Assembly (NCBI GenBank): GCA_031763465.1
Contig: JARFOE010000004.1
Span: forward strand, 2,320,443-2,363,489
Origin: Squatina squatina
Lineage: Eukaryota
Direction of reading: 5' to 3'
DNA: 43,047 bases
Of this stretch, positions 12,772-23,235 are shown in pieces; positions within the stretch are counted from its first letter, which is position 1, and each line of letters opens with the position of its first letter. Below the pieces are notes generated by a model that was given only the letters and a program-made list of their open reading frames with translations, did not search any database and was not told the origin of the DNA. The translations under genes and the position numbers were made by a program.

Positions 12772-13573
12772 NNNNNNNNNNNNNNNNNNNNNNNNNNNNN
12801 NNNNNNNNNNNNNNNNNNNNNNNNNNNNNNNNNNNNNNNNNNNNNNNNNNNNNNNNNNNNNNNNNNNNNNNCTCGAAGCTCCTGAATATTTTTGAATTTA
12901 GCCTTCAGCCTCTGTGAAGTGCCTTCATTCTTGAATCATTATTCTGTTGTCTTCTTAGCACCTTCACAATTGACACTTAGCTCACTTCTCTGCTCATCTA
13001 CCCTGTTATTTATTCTGTTTTCCACATGATCCAGTTCCTGCACTTGCAAGGGCTGGTCTGAGAGCTCGCCAAATATTCCGCATGTTGCTTCCCACCAAGG
13101 ATGGGAAGGAGGAGGAAACGCCCACACTGTTTCTGTTCAGCAATTTCTTCACCATCCCGTCAAAGTTCACAATAATATTCAGCGCGATTAGCAGTAAAGC
13201 ATTTCAATTCTTAAAACATTTCTCCAGCTGTCAGATCAATTTTAAAGACAGATGTTTTTAGAGTTTTGAATGCAACTATCCTCCATGAGGGCATCATGTT
13301 ACCTCCTCTCTCTGGCAGTCAGGAGATCATGCGTAAATCTTTGTAAATTAGAGCCCAATTGTAGCCCTTCACACTCTCCCATTGATCTTAGAGATGGATC
13401 TCTTATTTGCAAATTCTAATTCAGTAAATGAAACCTTAGAGTAACACGTTTGAACTTAGTGCATTATTCTCGTGTACCACAGTTGAACCAAATGGACTTC
13501 ACCGAGAATTGCCACTTAATTGTTTTTAATGCGAGGATATTATTAATTAGAGACAAGCGGCAAGTGCACCTGT

Positions 13574-13702
13574 CATAGAAACATAAAAACATTGAAAATA
13601 GGTGCAGGAGTAAGCCATTCGGCCCTTCGAGCCTGCACCACCATTCAATACGATCATGGATGATCATGCAACTCAGTACCCCGTACCTGCTTTCTCTCCA
13701 TA
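13574..13702 (-). mobile_element. CR1 LINE 3' end (UTR and tail)
   Basis: CATAGAAACATAAAAACATTGAAAATAGGTGCAGGAG...CCATTCAATACGATCATGG, the same family as 11452. Confidence 0.9.
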
Positions 13703-13844
13703 GCAAATGGCATGTTGGCATTCATAGCGAGAGGATTTGAGTATAGGAGCAGGGAGGTCCTACTGCAATTGTACAGGGCCTTGGTGAGACCACACCTGGA
13801 GTATTGTGTGCAGTTTTGGTCTCCTAATCTGAGGAAGGACATTC
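13703..13844 (+). mobile_element. CR1 LINE ORF2 C-terminal fragment, inverted relative to the adjacent 3' end
   Basis: Intact reading frame [47 protein letters not shown]. Confidence 0.95.
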
Positions 13845-14386
13845 NNNNNNNNNNNNNNNNNNNNNNNNNNNNNNNNNNNNNNNNNNNNNNNNNNNNNNNN
13901 NNNNNNNNNNNNNNNNNNNNNNNNNNNNNNNNNNNNNNNNNNNNACACAGTTTTCCTCGGAGCTGCTCCCACTCTGCTGTCATAACAGAGTTTTCTCTGC
14001 ACTTCCAGCAAAGTTACAGCGGCAAAGACAGAGTAGCTCTGAGTTTATTTCTGGCTCCTCATGTTGCTTTGACCCATGAAAAGTTCAGTCTGCATTATAT
14101 TTCCTTTTCCATCCTGCACAGTTTATAATTCATACATAACTTCACGTCCACAAGTGTACTATCTTCTTCCTTGCTAACATTTTTCTGTGTCAGTTCAATA
14201 TCTTTGCCTATACCTTGAACAACTTTCTAAAGCTCAGGTGTATCCTATGCTGCTACTTCACAATAATTTTTCTGTGCTCATCGTTAAGTTGCGTGACTCT
14301 TCTCCAGACCTTCACTGTGTGCGATTTGACAACAATAATACTGGTTGAGTGGTTTGTTGACTGCTGAAGAATCATTAAAGAATAAT

Positions 14387-14422
14387 TTTTCCCATGTTGC
14401 AACAGTGACTACACTTCAAAAA
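14387..14422 (+). repeat. Short Deu-SINE 3' fragment
   Basis: CAACAGTGACTACACTTCAAAA matches the recalled 3' part of SacSINE1/AmnSINE1-type SINEs. Confidence 0.5.
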
Positions 14423-14429
14423 TTCTGCA

Positions 14430-14502
14430 CTGGCCGGATCGGATTGGCCTCCTGTTTTCCACCCCATCCGATTTTACTTTCCATTGTTTTCAATGTTAAA
14501 GT
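14430..14502. repeat. Palindromic MITE remnant
   Basis: Imperfect inverted repeats ATCGGAT...ATCCGAT and ACTTTCCATTG-TTTT-CAATGTTAAAGT. Confidence 0.4.
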
Positions 14503-15274
14503 GACTCTCAGTATAACTTTGCTGCTAACCATACAACCTAATCATTTGGGATTACAACATTCAAGAATAGTGACAGAAACGGTGAAGGCAATTAACATAA
14601 TATAACTGAGCTTGGATCAAAACATCACTGATATGATTATTTAAGCACCAAGTAAGTCAGCCATTTTTAAATCGGTAAATATTTGAACAGTTGTTGTTTA
14701 TATCTGTGTTTTCCTGTAATATTGTTTTCTTCATATTCTTGAATGCATATTTAGCAGACTTCACTTTAAGTATTGCTTATTCCAAATTCTCTCTGCCACC
14801 ATATACACAAACACACAGAATGCCAGTCAAATGTGATTCCAACAGAGGGCAAAGGCCTTAAGAAACAAACGCAAATTAAATACTCAATTATTTTCTGGGA
14901 GTAATGTGAATTGACTTAGTCAAGTGTTGCAAGCCAGACCCAAAGCTACAGACATCTGCTCAGAATGTTGATAACCTAAAGATCCATTAGTTGAGGTAAT
15001 TAAATGGATTTAGATAAGTTTTGAAGGTTCGAAAGGAATGTAATCTGATAAATTCTGAAAATACAATTCAGTGGGGTGATGAATGCTTTGGGCAAGGACA
15101 CACTCTGTAATGATGATGATAAGATGGACAACTCCCTGAAATTCGGTTGGAATTGGAAATAGTAAGCATGCTTCTTATCTAAATATGAGGACAATTAAAA
15201 GACAACATTGCACTTTTAAAATAAATGGCTTAAAACTCATGTTTTTAGCTTCTAATGAAATATTAATGATGCAA

Positions 15275-15897
15275 GAGACTGGGTGGCACTGTAGCTGAGC
15301 ACACTGCCCTTTCATGTCTGGAATTGGGTTTGAATCCAGCCAGTGTATAGAAATTATAATCTACACCCCCTCGAGTGTTTGGCATCCTTGATCAGACTAA
15401 TTTGGCCAATCTTGACCCAGTTACTAGTGAGTACATGATATCACAAACCAGGTTGCGGTCTTACTTGGAGGCCCACAGGGATAGATGCTGAGAGAAATGG
15501 ACATGTGGTACTCTGTAACCTCCTCCAGTCCTACAACCCTCTGAGAACTCTGCGTTCCTCCAATTCTAACCTCTTGTGCATCCCCGATTTCCTTTGCCCC
15601 ACCATTGGCAGCCGTGCCTTCAGCTGCCTAGACCCCAAGCTCTGGAATTCCCTCCCTAAACCTCTCCACTTCTCTCTCCATTAAGACACTCCTTAAAACC
15701 TACCTCTTTTGCCAAGCTGTTGGTCACCTGTCCTAATATCTCCTTATCTGGCTCTGTCATGCTTTGATTATGCTCCTGTGAAGCGCTTTGGGATGCTTTA
15801 CATTAAAGGCACTATATACATACAAGTTGCTGTTGCATAGTTGTCCATGTTTTTCTGGTGTTGGAGTTAAGGTGCATTGTTAGGACAGGGTAGAGTT
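15275..15897 (+). mobile_element. LF-SINE-like tRNA-derived SINE interrupted by an L2
   Basis: GCCCTTTCATGTCT..., B box GGGTTTGAATCCAGCC (15326), CCAGTTACTAGTG...ATCACAAACC (15417-15449), and after the L2 GGAGTTAAGGTGCATTGTTAGGACAG (15863). These are colinear with the LF-SINE consensus as I recall it. Confidence 0.65.
15511..15835 (+). mobile_element. L2 (LINE2) 3' end
   Basis: CTCTGTAACCTCCTCCAG...AAGCTCTGGAATTCCCTCCCT...CTCCTTAAAACCTACCTCTTT...GTGAAGCGCTTTGGGA...AAAGGCACTATATA..AAGTTGCTGTTG, a typical L2 ORF2 end and tail. Confidence 0.9.
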
Positions 15898-16596
15898 TGG
15901 GTCAGCCAGCTGGCTCAAAGGTCGTATGTCTATCAGAACCATTCAACATAATATTAGTACCAAGTGAAATAAATCTTTCTCTTCTTGTCATGTATTTCTA
16001 TTCTTCTGAATGCTTATGTTGTAAAGGCTGTATTAAGGATATGTCAGTGGGGCAGTGCATTTGTGTGCTTGTACATTATGCCACGTTTCGAGTCTCAGCT
16101 GTGCTGTCTTGGGAAAGCACCAAGCAAAGACTAGGATTCTGCTCATCAGGAATGAAGAAGAGATTGGAGGCAGAATCTGGCTCTTATGCGCCAGCTGTAG
16201 ATCAGTTAGAGAGTGGCACTGGCAGAAGCCCAGCTCAGGCACATTCATTAAGTTTGACTTAAATGCTCACATAGAACAAAACAGTTGTAACTGCTGTATT
16301 ACACAGAGCAGCTGACGTGGATTTCGTGCAACAAAGTTGGAACACAAGAAAGTGCTAACTGCAAATCACAAAAGCCGCTTGATGTCTTCTGAAATCCTTG
16401 ATTGTGTTAAAGCTGCTCGCTTGAAGCCAGTTGTTTCTCTTTAAATTCTGTTCTGTTGTCTGTTTCTAAATGATCTTTATTTTGCCAACATACTTCNNNN
16501 NNNNNNNNNNNNNNNNNNNNNNNNNNNNNNNNNNNNNNNNNNNNNNNNNNNNNNNNNNNNNNNNNNNNNNNNNNNNNNNNNNNNNNNNNNNNNNNN

Positions 16597-16836
16597 CAAC
16601 ACAGATTAACTAAATTGGCAAGTTTTAACACCATATCAATGATTGATGAACAAATGGGAACATTCACAGTGACATATGAGAGATACCCGCCTGAGACTGA
16701 GATAAAGGCACATTGTTGGTGCAGAGGGAGCCATGGGGTACCTGACCTGGAAGTAATTAATGTTGATGCAGGATGCTTAAAGTGTTCTGTTCTGCACTAC
16801 AAACATCCCTTGAGAAGCACAGAAATTCACTAAAAA
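16597..16836 (+). mobile_element. LF-SINE-like 3' half
   Basis: ACTAAATTGGCA, AGGCACATTG (16706), GTACCTG and terminal AGCACAGAAATTCACTAAAAA, in the order of the recalled LF-SINE 3' region. The 5' part is lost in a gap. Confidence 0.55.
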
Positions 16837-17211
16837 TATATAAATTAGAAGTAACAAGGCTGCAGGTTACAAAGATAAAGTGCAGACATGGATGATTAAA
16901 TACTCCACTGAACACTCTGGTTCCAGTCCTATTGGGACTATGAGAATTGTTATCTGTGGAAAGCAACTGGCCAGGGTTGGATAATAATAAAATAACATAT
17001 GAGAATAATAAATTGTAGCATTAAATTGACATCCCGGAGTTAATATTTGATTGCCTCTGGGAATCAGGCTGAAATGTAATGTTTTAGATTCTTTGCAAAA
17101 GTTACCTTTGGTTTTTCCCCTCCCTCAGCAAATCAAATAAATTGGAGAAGATCTGCTCTGTGACAGCACAAAATGTATAAGGAAAATTATTTTTTTTTCA
17201 AAGCAGCCTGA

Positions 17212-17625
17212 ACGTACCCCACCAGAACTTGAGCCAATAAAGTGGGCTGACATTCCTGCATAATGCTGCAGAGATGCTGCATCATTGGAGGATCCAACAT
17301 TCAGATGAGTTATTAAACCAATACCCAGCCACTCCCCGCCCTGTCTGCCTGTTCCCGAGGTTCGGGTGGACCTTAAAAGATCCCAGCGCTTTTTGAAGAT
17401 AAGCAGGGAGTTCGCCTGGCAAACATTCCCCCCGTTGACTGACAATGCCAAAAAACAGATTAGTTAGTCATTCAGCCAATTGCTGTTTGGGTAACCTTGC
17501 TGTGTGCTCATTGGCTGCTGCAGTTGCTCACAAAATTACAATGACTGCAGGTCAAAAAATTAATTCATGAATTCATGTGGAGCACTTTGGGATGTGATAA
17601 AGCAGTGTATAAGTTTTTTTTTCCT
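17212..17625 (+). mobile_element. Deu-domain SINE (SacSINE1/AmnSINE1-like)
   Basis: GGCTGACATTCC...CAGATGAGTTATTAAACC...GGTGGACCTTAAAAGATCCCA...AAAACAGATTA...TTGCTGTTTG...CCTTGCTGTGTGC...AGCACTTTGGGA, with an L2-like tail. Confidence 0.85.
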
Positions 17626-18069
17626 TTCTAAAAATAGCACACAGAGGAATGCCTAATGAGATGACAGTGGCAGTCTATTGATATGAATTTAATATGGTCC
17701 CTGTTCAGCTTGAGCCTTGCACAGCGAGTGTTCAGGCTCATGGATTTGGGAACGTGCAGCCCTGAGAGGGATGCTGCTGCAAATTACCCATTTTCAACAG
17801 GAGCCTATGCCTGAACATTGATTTTCCAAAGTGAAAGGAACCAATTTTATTACTGTTAGGAGGTATGCCTTGATTTTTCAGCATTTAAATATTTTAGATA
17901 ATTGCCCTTACCTGTTGGCTTTTGCCTTTAGTTCAACCTCACTGTGTGATTCTGGATAGCTAGCTGCCTATTTCTCTCTGAAATCTTTCTGTCTGTTTCT
18001 ATATGTGACTCTGTTACTGTCCAATTTGGCCATCTTTCGCCTTTGAAAGAATTCAACTTTTGCTTTTTA

Positions 18070-18250
18070 TTCACTCTCCTTTTCTCTGGAAGGTGCTGAC
18101 TCTTTTTGAATGGACACCTTCCCAGGTACCTTGTGTGAGTAGCCATTCTTCATGCGTGGGTGCCGGCAGTGAACACCAGCAGACTACTTGACTGTAGCAG
18201 GCAGCTTAACTGAGTCCAGTCCTCTCTCCGCCTAACATCCACCTGTATAA
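18070..18250 (-). mobile_element. Shark tRNA-derived SINE, 3' part
   Basis: GAAGGTGCTGACTC...CAGCAGACTACTTGAC, homologous to 25440-25815 (GAAGGTGATGACT...CAGCAGGCTATTTGGCC). Confidence 0.55.
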
Positions 18251-19003
18251 GAAAACTACGCNNNNNNNNNNNNNNNNNNNNNNNNNNNNNNNNNNNNNNN
18301 NNNNNNNNNNNNNNNNNNNNNNNNNNNNNNNNNNNNNNNNNNNNNNNNNNNNNNNNNNNNNACAGGATTCCGAGTAATTGGAGCATTGCATGTTTAGTAT
18401 TAACTCCCTGGTGTCAAAATCTAAAGGATAGAAAATCTTCAAATCCTGTAGAGATTTCATTTTTTTTTAACCAGAGTTTCCTCAGGTCCGAAAGACTTAA
18501 GAATCCTTCCAATCTTTTGCATATTTTGATTTATGAGCCAGATTTGTACATAGCCTGCCTCAATTCAAATCCAAACGTGATGCCTATTTATTCCTTTTGC
18601 AAATTTTAACACTGTCTTTCTATCCGCCAGTGATAAGTTGCTACTTTGGAGTTGTGGAACTCTGAAGGTAGGAGTAGCAGTTAACGTTTCTTTGGCATTG
18701 AGAAGCAATGGATTGGGAATACACGATTTTCCTTGTTAGGCTCCTGAGCTTTAAATCACTGAGCTGTTTCTCAAGATTTGCAACAGTTTGATGGTCTTTT
18801 TGTCAATTAAAATTGTGTGGCATATGGCATTTGTCAAACAAGATTATAACCACTGTGGGGGCAAGTGTTTTACAAGTATGCATCCACTGAGTTATGTTTC
18901 TGAATTTTTAAACTGTACCTTAAGCAACTTTTTCTAATGCATAACACTAATCATCTGGTGAATAAACAGGAATTCTTGTTAAACCTGGTATCAATATTGA
19001 ATG

Positions 19004-19068
19004 CAAAAGCGAAATACTGCGGATGCTGGAATCTAGAATACAAACAAAAAATGCTGGAAAAACTCAGC
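19004..19068 (-). mobile_element. Terminus of an abundant shark repeat, probably Penelope-like
   Basis: CAAAAGCGAAATACTGCGGATGCTGGAATCT...AATGCTGGAAAAACTCAGC; second copy of the 12712 motif, running into a gap. Confidence 0.65.
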
Positions 19069-19399
19069 NNNNNNNNNNNNNNNNNNNNNNNNNNNNNNNN
19101 NNNNNNNNNNNNNNNNNNNNNNNNNNNNNNNNNNNNNNNNNNNNNNNNNNNNNNNNNNNNNNNNNNNNAGGCCAGCTGTGGTGTGTCGGAGTGACGTGGC
19201 ACTGGTTCAACTTTCCGGGCCTTTGACAGCATTCCCTTATAGATAGAGTTACTTCACCCCAAGTGTGTAAATGACCCCCATCCCCAAAATTCGGGATGGG
19301 ATCTATGACAGGCTCCACAAGCACCTGGGAGTTCTACTCCACTGAACTTCCACCAGAATAGTGGGACCCCAAGAATTTCAGGTACTGTCTTTTTAGGGG

Positions 19400-19495
19400 C
19401 ACAGTTGGACTCTTTCTTGGGAGAGCTGGAATACTAGAGGGATCAATGGGCCAAATTGTCTTTTCTCGGCTTTGTCCTTTCTAATAGTTCTAATG
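19400..19495 (+). mobile_element. Degenerate CR1-like 3' end
   Basis: TTGGACTCTTTCTTGG...ATGGGCCAAATTGTCTTTTCTC...TTTCTAATAGTTCT resembles the CR1 GATGGGCCGAATGGCCT motif plus tail. Confidence 0.4.
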
Positions 19496-20112
19496 ATTTC
19501 TTTTCTCCATGGCTTATTAAATCAGTTACAATTAAAAACAAAGATGGTATTTCAGCCTTTCAGTTGATATTTCTATTCATTGTATCAGAACATACCTGAA
19601 TGATAGAAAATCTTTCAACAATTTTTTCCCCTGGTACTCTGCACTTGGTTTGATAATATTAAGCTTGAGTGCCCATAGATGTAATTTTCTAAGCAATTTG
19701 TTCTGAATGCCTTCATGCTGTTTTGAAAGGACTTTTTACACGAACAGTCTTAAAAAGGTTTAAGGCTGTCACTATAGTTAATAGACAGCCGAAGCCATAA
19801 AAGAGCGAGGCTTTGTTTCAGAATTAAGGTAATGACAAAGCAGCCACGAATTATCAGGTTTGTGAGACCTATTAGAGGACAACTATTAAATAACAATTCT
19901 CTACTTCACAGATTGGCAAATCCAATTTCGCAATGTTGTGGGATTTCTTTTTCAAACATATGCCAAGATTTTCTTTCTTCATCCAAAACGATTGCTTGCC
20001 TAGGCTAAAGGGNNNNNNNNNNNNNNNNNNNNNNNNNNNNNNNNNNNNNNNNNNNNNNNNNNNNNNNNNNNNNNNNNNNNNNNNNNNNNNNNNNNNNNNN
20101 NNNNNNNNNNNN

Positions 20113-20860
20113 CCTAAATTCTGCCTGCAGGACCTCCGTCTTCTTTCGACCATTGTCGTTGGTCCCAATGTGGACCATGACCTCTGGCTGTTCACTCTTC
20201 CCTCTCAGAATGTTCTGCAGCTGCTCAGTGACATCGTTAACCCTGGCACCAGGGAGGCAACATACCATCCTGGAGTTTCGTCTGTCCCTGCAGTAACGCC
20301 TGTCTGCTCCCCTAATTATTGAATCCCCTACCAATATTGTGTTTCTTTTCTTTGTCCTTCCTGTACAACTGAGACACTGATGGTGACATGGACTTGGCTC
20401 TGGCAGTACTCCCCAGAGGAACCATTGCCCTCACCAAGACTCAGAACACAATACTGGTTGGAGAGGAGGTGCACTCAGGGGACTCCTACAGCAACTGCCT
20501 GGTGGTCCTCTTCTGTCTGGCNNNNNNNNNNGCCAGCACACTCATAAGCTGCGGGGTGACCACCTCCTGAAACATGCTATCCATGTAGCTCTCAGCCTTG
20601 TGAATGCAACGCAGTGATGCCAGTTGCTGCCAAACTTGGAGCTTGAGCTCCTTCAGCTGATGACACCTCTTGCACATGTGGTTGTCCAGGACACAGGAAG
20701 CGTCCTGTAGTTCCCACATGGCACAGGATGTGCATTCCGCTTGACCGAGCTGCCCTGCCATGCTTTTATTTATTCGACTATTAACTAACTTTAACTTAAC
20801 AGAAATAAACTTAAGACTTCACCAACTACTCGCCCATCAGCTCCTTCCCTTGAATGGCGT
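20113..20860 (-). mobile_element. CR1 LINE 5' region: ORF1 (zinc finger/coiled coil plus SGNH/GDSL esterase) and 5' UTR
   Basis: MAGQLGQAECTSCAMWE...HMCKRCHQLKELKLQV (ATG 20761) and VGDSIIRGADRRYC...CCLPGARVNDV...VMVHIGTND. Confidence 0.92.
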
Positions 20861-21119
20861 CACTTATCACGCTCCCTGACACTCTCTCTACCTCCGTGCT
20901 CTTGGGCCTACCCCTATCTGTAGTAGCTCCTCTTGCTGTCCCACAGGTCCCCTCTCGTGGTCCTCTCATGATCTTAGAGATCTTGGGTTCTGTGGCTTTA
21001 CTCCTTCTTTTCAGTCGGATGTTGCCACTGCCTTCCTCCTCTCCACTCAAAATGTTCCCTACTCTGCTTGCGAATCACCAGTTTGCAAATCTCCCAGCTG
21101 TCTCCAAGCTCTGTGCTCA

Positions 21120-21432
21120 AGGAAGAACGAAGCCATCTTCTTTGACAAACTCCTTACTTTGCCACAGATTACATCCCCTTCTCTGGCCAGTATCTTCGTC
21201 TGAACCAGATTGTTCACAACTTCGGTATTCTATGTGACCCCTAGCTGAGGTGCCAACCCCAAGTTCACTCTCCATCACAAAGACCGCCTACTTCTAGTTT
21301 CTTCATATATCCTGCTTCTGCCGCCCCTACCTGAACCCATCTGCAAATACAAGCCTCACCCATTGCCCCTGTCCTCGCTGACCTAGATTGGCTTCCAGTT
21401 CCCCCAACACCTCAAATTTTAAATTTGCATCC
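21120..21432 (+). mobile_element. L2 ORF2 fragment with internal deletion
   Basis: G(K)TEAI.F-like start, CTGAACCAGATTGTTCACAAC, TCCATCACAAAGACCGCCTACTTC, then CCCCTGTCCTCGCTGACCTA.ATTGGCT (P.L..L.WLP motif). Confidence 0.8.
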
Positions 21433-21451
21433 TTCTCGGCTCCAAACTGTA

Positions 21452-21691
21452 CTGGAAGAATATTGAGGTTTTGGTGAGAGTGCATTGCTGATTCACCAGG
21501 ATGCTGCCTGACATGAGGAAATAGAAATATCGACTTGAGAAATTGGGTCTCTTTTCTTGGTCATATCACCCTATAATCTGTGGTGTTCAAGTGTTTAAAA
21601 TTATCAAAGGATGGGACAGGGTCGATCGAAGCAGACTGTTTTCAGTAGCTGAGGGGTCAAGACCAAGGGGCCATAGATACAAGATTAAAGA
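21452..21691 (+). mobile_element. CR1 ORF2 C-terminal fragment
   Basis: FTRMLP...LEKLGLFS...QVFKIIKGWDRVDRSRLFSVAEGSRPRGHRYKIK. Confidence 0.9.
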
Positions 21692-22052
21692 CTTTGAAGA
21701 AATTTCCCCTGCCCTTTGTTCTGAGAGTTGAGCAGATTGTTTTCCAAATGTACAGAGAGAAGTTCAGTATCACACAGCAGGTTTCCTTCCAGTTGGCATT
21801 TGAGAGGAAGGAACAGCAGATGCTACCAAAGGGATCTTTACAGAGTGTGACTGAAATGAGAATAATGAACACGCAATTCTGACATTTAATTCATGCAACC
21901 AGCACATGATTTCAGTGTTGCAATCAAACAAAGTTGTATTTGCATTGAGATACGCCATAACTGGCTGTGACTTGTGATAACGACTATGTCCGGGTTTGAT
22001 TCCTGATGTTAGGCTTTTTTAAAAATAAAAACTGTGTCACAGTGATAACATT

Positions 22053-22525
22053 GGCCCCGAAATTCCAAGGGGCTCGAGCGCAGGATGTTCGATTTCTGCC
22101 GAAAGGGGCCGCCCATTTGCTGTAGCCCTTTAAATTCCTTTGAGGTGGGAGTCCTTCAATGGACTTGGACCCGCGCCTCCTATATCAAGGGAACGTGACT
22201 GCGGGAGTCCTCAGGCGTCTCTGGCAATTCAACGCTTTATATCTTTTGTAGGCCTCATCTCAACACTGCCAGCTGAGAGCAGGTATGAGTTTTGCTGAGG
22301 CCCCGAGCCTTTACTAGGGGAAAGGTAATCAAACCCAGGGTGGGCGAACATTTCATCAAACGGGAGCAAAAGGTACGAAGAGGACACTTTCCTTCTGGCC
22401 CCCACCAGGTCTCTTCTTTGTCATTGGAGTAGCATGGCACCGCTTTAATAGATGTTACAGTTTGGAGGTGGGTGCCAGGCACCAGGCCTGGGTCAGTGCA
22501 GCAGTCCCCCAGCAATTTCAGGGCC
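22053..22525. mobile_element. Complete MITE with terminal inverted repeats
   Basis: Left end GGCCCCGAAATTCC and right end GCAATTTCAGGGCC are 12/14 complementary. Flanks ATT/ATC suggest a decayed 3-bp target-site duplication. Confidence 0.75.
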
Positions 22526-22896
22526 ATCTTGTTTCAGGCATAGAGCCAACAGCAGCTAATGTTAACTCCTAGATTGCCTGGAAGGTGAGGGAGGCTTCTG
22601 TCCCCTTGGGTCAGCTGATTTTGTTTGCCTTCAGATCACGCACAGTGATGTAGAAATGCAAAATGTTGCACTAAAAAGACATGCCAAGTATAGATACCCC
22701 TGTCATTTGGCAACATTAGCAAAATCTATGCTTCCATTTAATGCCTAAGTCTCAAGTGTACAGGAAAGGAAGAAAAATATAAACACTTTCTTCATCTCAT
22801 GCAGTGCCACAAAACAGGCAGTATTGGATCGCAGCACCTGATGTTCAATTCTACTGAACGTAATAGAACCAAATATCAGGTGCTGCATAAAATGGA

Positions 22897-23235
22897 TTAT
22901 TTGTTCATGGGAGGCAAAGTTTATTGCCCATCCCTAATTGCCCTTGAGACACCTGCTAGCCCATTTCAGAGGGCAAGTTCAGAGTCAATGACATTGCTGT
23001 GGGTCTGGAGTCACATATAGGCCAGACCAGGTAAGGACAGCAGATTTCCTTCCCTTAGTGAACCAGATGGGTTTTTACAACAATCTGGTAGTTACATGGT
23101 TACTGTTATACCCAATTTAATAATTAACTGAATTTAAATTCACCAGCTGCTGTGGTGGGAGTGGAACTCACATCTCTGGATCATCAGTCTAGGCCCCTGG
23201 ATTAACTGAACCAGTAACATAACCACTATGCTACA
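22897..23235 (-). mobile_element. Shark tRNA-derived SINE, near full length
   Basis: Minus strand starts TAGCATAGTGGTTA (A box) with a B-box-like GAGTTCCACTCCC, and ends GATGGGCAATAAA...CCCATGAACAAATAA. A short + strand piece of the same family lies at 5067-5102. Confidence 0.8.

Noticed and set aside
20826-21237. 127-aa hydrophobic ORF resembling a membrane or signal peptide
   Set aside because: Pyrimidine-rich sequence overlapping the CR1 5' UTR and an L2 fragment; a compositional artefact.
22038-22680. CACAGTG heptamers as V(D)J recombination signals
   Set aside because: No acceptable ACAAAAACC nonamer at 12 or 23 bp spacing, and no antigen-receptor segments nearby.
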